From the human T2T-CHM13v2.0 reference genome, Homo sapiens, in assembly GCF_009914755.1 (NCBI RefSeq), contig NC_060925.1: 64,000 nt of DNA; one strand, 5' to 3'. The notes under the pieces are model-generated. The model saw only the letters and a program-made list of their open reading frames with translations, had not been told where the DNA came from and made no database searches. The translations under genes and the position numbers were made by a program. Positions 50,190-64,000 of this stretch are shown here, piece by piece. How positions within the stretch are numbered: the stretch's first letter is position 1; the number at the start of each line of letters is the position of its first letter.

Positions 50190-51400
50190 CATTTATTCAT
50201 GTATTGAGCACCATTTTGTATCAGGCACTGCTGCTATGTGTTGGTACTACAAAGATAAAAGACATATTCCCTGCTATTACAGAACTCAAAATCTATTTTA
50301 GGAGACAAAAAAAGTAAGGAGATATTACAATGTGATGTATGCTATGATGGGTTGGATGGTATGACCATATAAAAGAGGACAAATTAACCCAGCCTGTAGG
50401 CAATGATAACTGGTCTTGAAAGAAATGTAGGTGTTAAATAGATAAAAGAGTTAGATTAGAGAAGGATGGGTAGGTGGGAAGAGTATTTTAGGCAAAGGTA
50501 AAAAGTACAAAGACATGGAGCCATGAGCAGGTATGGCACATTCTGGATTTGTAAGCAAGATGGTACAGATAAAACAGGTTGCAGATGGGAAAGTGGTGAG
50601 AGATGAGATTCTCCAGTCAGGCAGAGGACAGAGGGTGAAGGGCCTTGAATATCACAATGAGTTTTTACTTTTATAAGTAGCCACTGAAGGATTTTAAATA
50701 AGAGAGTGAAATAATTAAATCAGAAATATCTGTCTGGAAAGAAGCATAGAGTGGATTGGGGGCAATGAGAATAGATATTTAAAAATCAGTTAAAAGACTA
50801 GAAATATTGGGGGCTAAAGTAAGGCCATGAGGAAGATGAAAGAAGGTAGAGCTTGGAGCATCCGATAGGAAGTAGAGAATAAAAGAAAGAGGTCCCGGGT
50901 TATGCCTAGATACGTTTGGTTCATATTGAAAATCTAATACCTACAGGACATTCAAGTGAACATCTTCAGTTAGCAATTGGGTATGTAGATCCAGGGCAGA
51001 GAGAAGTGATCTGAGCTGAAGAGCAAGTATGTCTGTATCAAATAGCTCAAGAAGAGCATAATGAGTAGGAAAAGTGATGAGGTTGGAACTTAACAGATGT
51101 CAGCATTAAGATGTATGGGTCCAAGAGGGACTTTTGATGGAAAATAATAAGACGTAGCTTAGGGATGGAAGAGAGTGAAACTTTAGAAGTCAAAATGAAG
51201 GGCAGAGTCAACAGTATCAAATGCTATGAAAATGTCATGTAACACAAAGACTGAAAAGCTCTCAGTAAATTTGGTAATAGTCAGGGCCAGGTGGCAGAGC
51301 ACGAGACAACTGAGAGATACAAAGAATCTGACTTCACAAGTTCTTTTCAAGAACTTCGTGGAGAGAAGACAAGCAAGTAGACAGTAGCTAAAGGAGAACA
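50190..51400 (-). mobile_element. L2 fragments
   Basis: attcatgtattgagcaccattttgtatcaggcactg (L2 3' end, antisense) plus a purine-rich body. Confidence 0.6.
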
Positions 51401-52095
51401 AAGAGAGATGGAGGGCTTCTTATATTGTTATAATGAGAGAAATTTAGGGGGAGGCCTATTGCAAGGGAGAGATTGAAGTTACAAAAGAGTAATAAATAAA
51501 TCAAGAGTATCTTAGTCTGGCATAAGTTAATGGGTATCTCTTCCTCTGAAAAGAAGGAAAGGATTGAGACTAGTGTTAATGCCTCTAAGTTATAGAAAGG
51601 AGTGAGAAATATAGAAATTCTCTATACAGTGAATGTAAAGTTATCTGTGATATGGTAACTTAGTCTATAAAGTGATAACCACACCTATAGGGAAATAAGA
51701 GCAGAAAGTCAGAAGTATGGGAAAGCAATGTTGATAATACCAAAATACAATACTTTATTATTTTGATCAATAATAATAATAATTATTATTATTATTGCCT
51801 GCTCCCAGGCAATAATGACAAACTAGAATAAAATGGTATATGTGTGTCTAAGGGTGGGGTTTTCTTGTTTATTTTGATTTTGGTTTCATTTGTTTTAGTT
51901 TAGCTTTATTAAACTTTTTTTTAGCAATTTAAGTATCACTTTCATTAAGCATGGAATGTTATTTTAACTGATACTACTATATATACCATAACTAATATTG
52001 TGGCTTTTGTTTGTAAGTATAGGTCAAAATGAGGATGTAATTCATATCATAATTAAGCATATATTCTGAATTGCATTTCTTTTGATTCTGGACAG

Positions 52096-52200
52096 GATTA
52101 CCTTGAAGTTAAAAGATTAATTTTCCCAAGATTTTACTTTCTTAGCAATGCCGAGCTTCTTGATATTCTAGCTGATAGCAGAAATCCTGAGTCTGTACAG
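52096..52200 (+). CDS. DNAH14: Dynein heavy chain exon G (105 nt, phase 0/0; [35 protein letters not shown])
   Basis: gacag| acceptor, CAG|gtaata donor; highly conserved [18 protein letters not shown]. Confidence 0.95.
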
Positions 52201-52292
52201 GTAATAACATCTTTCTCTGCTCAGCAATATTATATTAGCGATATTCAGATCACAATTCAATAATATTACTGACATTTGTTTCTGGTTCACAG

Positions 52293-52411
52293 CCTCATCT
52301 TGTGAAATGCTTTGAAAATATAAAACAATTATTGATATGGAAACAAGACATTGGCCCTCCTGCTGTAAAAATGCTAATATCTGCTGAAGGGGAAGGTCTC
52401 GTGCTGCCAAA
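52293..52411 (+). CDS. DNAH14: Dynein heavy chain exon H (119 nt, phase 0/2; PHLVKCFENI...SAEGE...LP)
   Basis: ttcacag| acceptor after a 92-nt intron, AA|gtatga donor; PHL.KCF and S.EGE motifs. Confidence 0.92.
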
Positions 52412-52897
52412 GTATGATAAATGTTACAAACTGTTTAGATTCTGTACAACGTCATTATTTAAAATCTCTGCTTTGAAATTTTTGATATATTATAAAAGTG
52501 CGCTAAGCAAACTGTTTCTTCAAAGATTATATCCTTACGTAAATATACTTTTGCCTTTCCATATTCCCTACAATACATAATCTCACCTTTGCTCTAATTA
52601 AAAGTTGAGAAAGCAGTCTTCAAACTCCTGGGTGCATTCTAATTTGCACTTACATTTTGTTCTGTCATTAAATTCTGCCTTAAGTTTCCTACTCTCTTTT
52701 TAGTGCTTTTTCCCTTTTTGGTTTTAGTATATGAATATAGATAAGAAGAAAATTGGCTATTTGGAGTTGTTGATGCTACTCCCACTACTGCTTCTGCTGA
52801 TCTCTGGTTTCACTGTGGTTTGCTCCCAGGCAATAATGACAAACTAGGTCCTTCCATTACACTGGTTCAATTTGCCAGCCCCAGCAAGGGCTCTCTA

Positions 52898-53323
<426 letters not shown>

Positions 53324-53631
53324 AAAATTCCAGTGAGGAATCCAAAACTGTTTTATAACACAATTTGTTTATCTTGTAAATACCATTTTACATGAAACTT
53401 ATTTATTGTGTAAATTCATGATTTTGATATCAGAATTTCCTAAAGCATGTTCATATGTTTTCTGCATAGTTTTCAAAATTAAGATTTAGAAAAACCAAAA
53501 GGCAGTAGTAGTCCTTTGGCCCATGAATATTATTAAAGTATGTAGAAAATTTAGTCTACAGGCTTGTCAAAGGACTGAAACATGAATTAAAAAATAATTC
53601 TTCATGATATTATTTTTGAAACTAATTTTAG

Positions 53632-53706
53632 GAAAATTCGTGTAAGAAGTGCTGTAGAACAGTGGCTGGTAAATGTAGAAAAAAGCATGTTCGATGTGCT
53701 AAAAAA
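53632..53706 (+). CDS. DNAH14: Dynein heavy chain exon I (75 nt, phase 2/2; KIRVRSAVEQWLVNVEKSMFDVLK)
   Basis: ttttag| acceptor, AA|gtaagt donor; VE.WL..VE..M motif. Confidence 0.9.
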
Positions 53707-54384
53707 GTAAGTACAATTTTCAAATCCTAAAATTATATATTTTATATATATACTTGCACATATATATATACACACACATTTTTTAAAACTCACTTATCTA
53801 CTAATCTAAGTGAGAAATATCCAGAAAAGAATATGGAGTCAAATCTCTTATGAAATGGGTTTTAATGGAACATGATGACACATGATGACTAAATGGAAAA
53901 TAATCACTTTTACAGTGTAACTGTCAGTTTGAGAGTGTTTACATGCACAACCTTCAGATGGCTTTTGTGTACGTTGAGATTCAGCTGTATCAGAAAACTG
54001 TTCAGGATCTGAACTCTGCTCAGTAGGGCTCCCGTTTGAGCACACCTCACTACTTTGCATTTTGGTTCTACTTTTACTTCCTAGGATTGTTTACTTGGCT
54101 TACTCTTTCTAACGTTCTCCTTTTCATATTTAAGTCTATCATTGCATCTGTTTAGAATGAAGAAAAAAACCTCAGAGCGTGAACTTTCAAAACTAACTTG
54201 ACTAGAACTGTTATATTGTATTTCTAATTATTCATTGTTGGTAATAGAAAGGCTATTGACTTTTAGGTTTTTATATCTATAGTTGTTAATATTATTCTGA
54301 AGGCCAATACAAGGTTTCTAGAGCAGAGAAGATTATGATTTACTTACATAAATAACCATTCTGGCTCTCCTTTTCTTCAATTCT

Positions 54385-55111
54385 TGTAACCACCCAGTGG
54401 GTTCACCTTGCCTGCTGCCTAGACAGAGCCAATTTATCAAGACAGGGGAAATGCAGTGGAGAAAGAGTAATTCACACAAGCCAGCTGTATAGGAGACCAG
54501 TTTTATTATTACTCAACTCAGTCTCCTGGAGAATTCAGGGATCAGAGTTTTTAAGGATAATTTGGCAGGTAGGGGCTCCAGAAGTGGGGAGTACTGATTG
54601 GTCAGGTTGGAGATGGAATCATAGCGGGGGTCAAAGTGAGCTTTTCTTGCTGTCTTCTGTTCCTGGATGGGATCCCAGAACTGATTGAGCCAGATTACCA
54701 GACTGGGTGGTGTCAGCTGATCCATCAAGTGCAGGGCCAGCAAAATATCTCAAGCACTGATCTTAGGCTTCACAATAGTGATATTATTCCCAGGAAAAAT
54801 TTTGGGAGGTTCAGACTTGCAGCAAGAGGCTGCATGACCCCTAAACCGTAATTTCTAATCTTGTAGATAATTTGTTAATCCTACAAAGGCAGACTGGTCC
54901 CCAGGCAAGACAGGAGTCTTTTCAGGAAAGGGCTGTTGCCGGTTTTGTTTGAGTCAAATTGTAAACTAAATTCCTTCCCAAGGTTGGTTCAGCCTATACC
55001 CAGGAATGAAAAAGGACAGTTTAAAGGTTAGAAGCAAGATGAAGTTAGTTGCGTCTGATCTCTTTCAGTGTCATAATGTCCTAAGTTACAATTTTTGCAA
55101 ATGCAGTTTCA
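54385..55111 (-). mobile_element. LTR8-like ERV1 solo LTR
   Basis: tgtaaccacccagtgggttcaccttgcc...tttgcaaatgcagtttca; 4-bp TSD ttct/gtct. Confidence 0.8.
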
Positions 55112-55529
55112 GTCTTACCCCTGGGGTGATATGATAAGAACCAGAGTTACCTTGTATGTAAAGAGAGACTTCTGTAGGCAAGAAACCCTGAAAAAATGAA
55201 TCTGGGCATTTAAGCAAAAAAGACAAGCAGTTTTTCAATTGTTGTCCTGGGATTTTTCTGGTTAGACAATTATATCATTTGCTAACAATGATAGTCCTAT
55301 CTCTTCCTTTGCAATTCTTTTTAAAATGCCATTTTTTCATGTTATTTTAGATGCAAATTTTATTTAACATCGAAAAGTACAACTGACAGCATCCTTTTTT
55401 TGTTCTTAATTTTATTGGAAAAGCTTCTAGTGTTTGACCATAATGCATAGGTTTCTGGAATATACGCCTTATCCAACTAAAGATATTTCATCCTATTCAT
55501 AGTTTGCAGAGTTTTAAAGAGATTTAATT

Positions 55530-56338
<809 letters not shown>

Positions 56339-57938
56339 TCATCAAATGTAACAGATCGTTGGCAGTACTTTATCTTACCAGAAAACATCAATAGAAGATT
56401 TTTATACTCCTAAGTCATAGGTCTCACCTGGCTGAGTGATTGTCAGACATCATTAATTATAAGATGCTTTCTGATTCCAAAAAGATTAAAATGTAGAAAA
56501 AAAGTTCTGCCTTAGAATTGATGATGTAATTATTTTAAAGTTTTCTTCCCTCTCCTTTTATTTTAAAGTTAGTACCGCTTTATTTTAGTTTGGGGCTATG
56601 GACTTGTGTTCTTTTTGATGGTACTAGTTTTTCTAAAATAGCTGGTCATTCTTGGTTATCTTTTCATATTTATACTGGTGAGTCCCTCTTCTAAAAGCAA
56701 ATACTAGTTTCTAACTACAACAACCTATATGCCGTGGTTGCAACTGACAAGCAGGGCATGTGGAAGGACCTAGTCTGTGAGTAACTTGCCTTTTAGTGCA
56801 TGAAGTTCCTTCCCATTTCTCCTGGAGGTCACAAACTACTTGTGACACTCTACTGTGCCTCTAGGTCAGCACGTTTTAAGTATTCCATATACTTATAGTA
56901 TATCAATGCGAGTGTGCAGTAAGATCTTCATTAAAAGATTTTGTCAAAAGAGAAATGTAACTATATGTTGTTTGAGAGATGTATAGCAATGTGACAAAAA
57001 AGTTATGAATAAAAGTCATAAGGACTTTTCATGGAACTGCCAACAAAAAGTGTTTAAAAATAAAATTAAGTTCCAAAGGTATTAAATAAAATAAAGAATC
57101 ATTTGTAGTTGATGGAAGAGACATTTCACACTGATACTGCTTTGAAATGTATAAAAAGTTGTTATTGACATATTTCTCCTCATCAGCAATGATAAAAAAA
57201 CAAAAATAGATACCATTTGCAAGCACAACAAAAATTAAAAGGTTCAGTACTTCATTTCAAATATTCAAATACATTCTAAATGAATTTTAGAGTGATACCT
57301 AAGAAAGAAAGCCAAATTAGAAGAAAATAAAATGAAATTTAGTGTTGAGAATTTCTAAGAGATATAGTATCAATGATTTAAAAAAATGTATCATTGACCG
57401 ATTTGACTATAAGGAAACTTAAAACTCCATATGGAAAAAAATGACAACATTGAAACCTATACTGTTGGTGCACATTAACTGTTGTCTTAAATAAAATTGT
57501 CTGGATATTTTTCATGAATCCTATTCTGTCCATTATAATTAATTTTAAAAGCTACATGCAGGGCTTTACTGTTACTCATCTGGTAGTTTCAGCCCAGTAT
57601 TCCATTTTGTAGAAATTATTTCAAATATAGATTTTGTCATAAATACTATTAGCAATTCAGAGCTAATATGCGTCATCTCTTTTTATATATTTTTACCATC
57701 TCAGAAACTCAATGGCCTTATTAGAAAAGTACAGATAATCTCAAAAAGGAATTTAAGGAGTATGCATTATGCTTCGATTAAGGCTCTGTTACCTTTATTT
57801 GGTCTGATTTCTACGTTAGAACAAAGAAATCAGAGATCTTAAAGGAAAACTCCCCTGTGACCTCGTCATGCTTGGTCATTAAATGGCCACAATCAATGAT
57901 TAAGTATAAATAACATAAATAAATTTTTTAATTTGTAG

Positions 57939-58026
57939 ATTTTTAAGTCAAGGGATTGAAGACTGGAACTGCCAGATGTTTTCCCAATGGGTGTTATCTC
58001 ATCCAGGACAAGTGGTACTTACTGTG
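57939..58026 (+). CDS. DNAH14: Dynein heavy chain exon J (88 nt, phase 2/0; FLSQG...QWVLSHPGQVVLTV)
   Basis: tttgtag| acceptor, GTG|gtaagt donor; W....PGQVVL motif. Confidence 0.9.
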
Positions 58027-58056
58027 GTAAGTTAATGCTGCTTTGATGTATGTATA

Positions 58057-64000
<5,944 letters not shown>

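Overview
This is primate (most likely human) genomic DNA inside a large axonemal dynein heavy chain gene, most likely DNAH14, on the + strand. I traced ten GT-AG coding exons (13523-58026) that splice phase-consistently into one stop-free frame of 1830 nt (610 codons). The frame covers the tail/linker (DHC_N2) region, with the motifs [21 protein letters not shown] and VEQWL. Most of the remainder is transposon-derived: L1s of several ages, Alus, MaLR/ERVL/ERV1 solo LTRs, Tigger1, MER20, L2 and MIR. Four observations stand out. (1) An L1PA4-like element has its promoter replaced, inside a perfect 16-bp TSD, by an ERV LTR fragment plus unique DNA, joined at an L1 splice-acceptor-like AG; this is a candidate LTR-driven spliced chimeric retrotransposon. 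(2) Two L1s about 22 kb apart differ at subfamily-type sites yet share many private substitutions, including the same ORF2 stop codon; this suggests local gene conversion and an NAHR substrate around four exons. (3) There is a 14-nt L1HS-type 3' end plus tail with no TSD. (4) An exact 27-bp direct repeat brackets two exons, next to a perfect 30-bp palindrome. Gene and repeat subfamily names come from recalled consensus features, not database searches.
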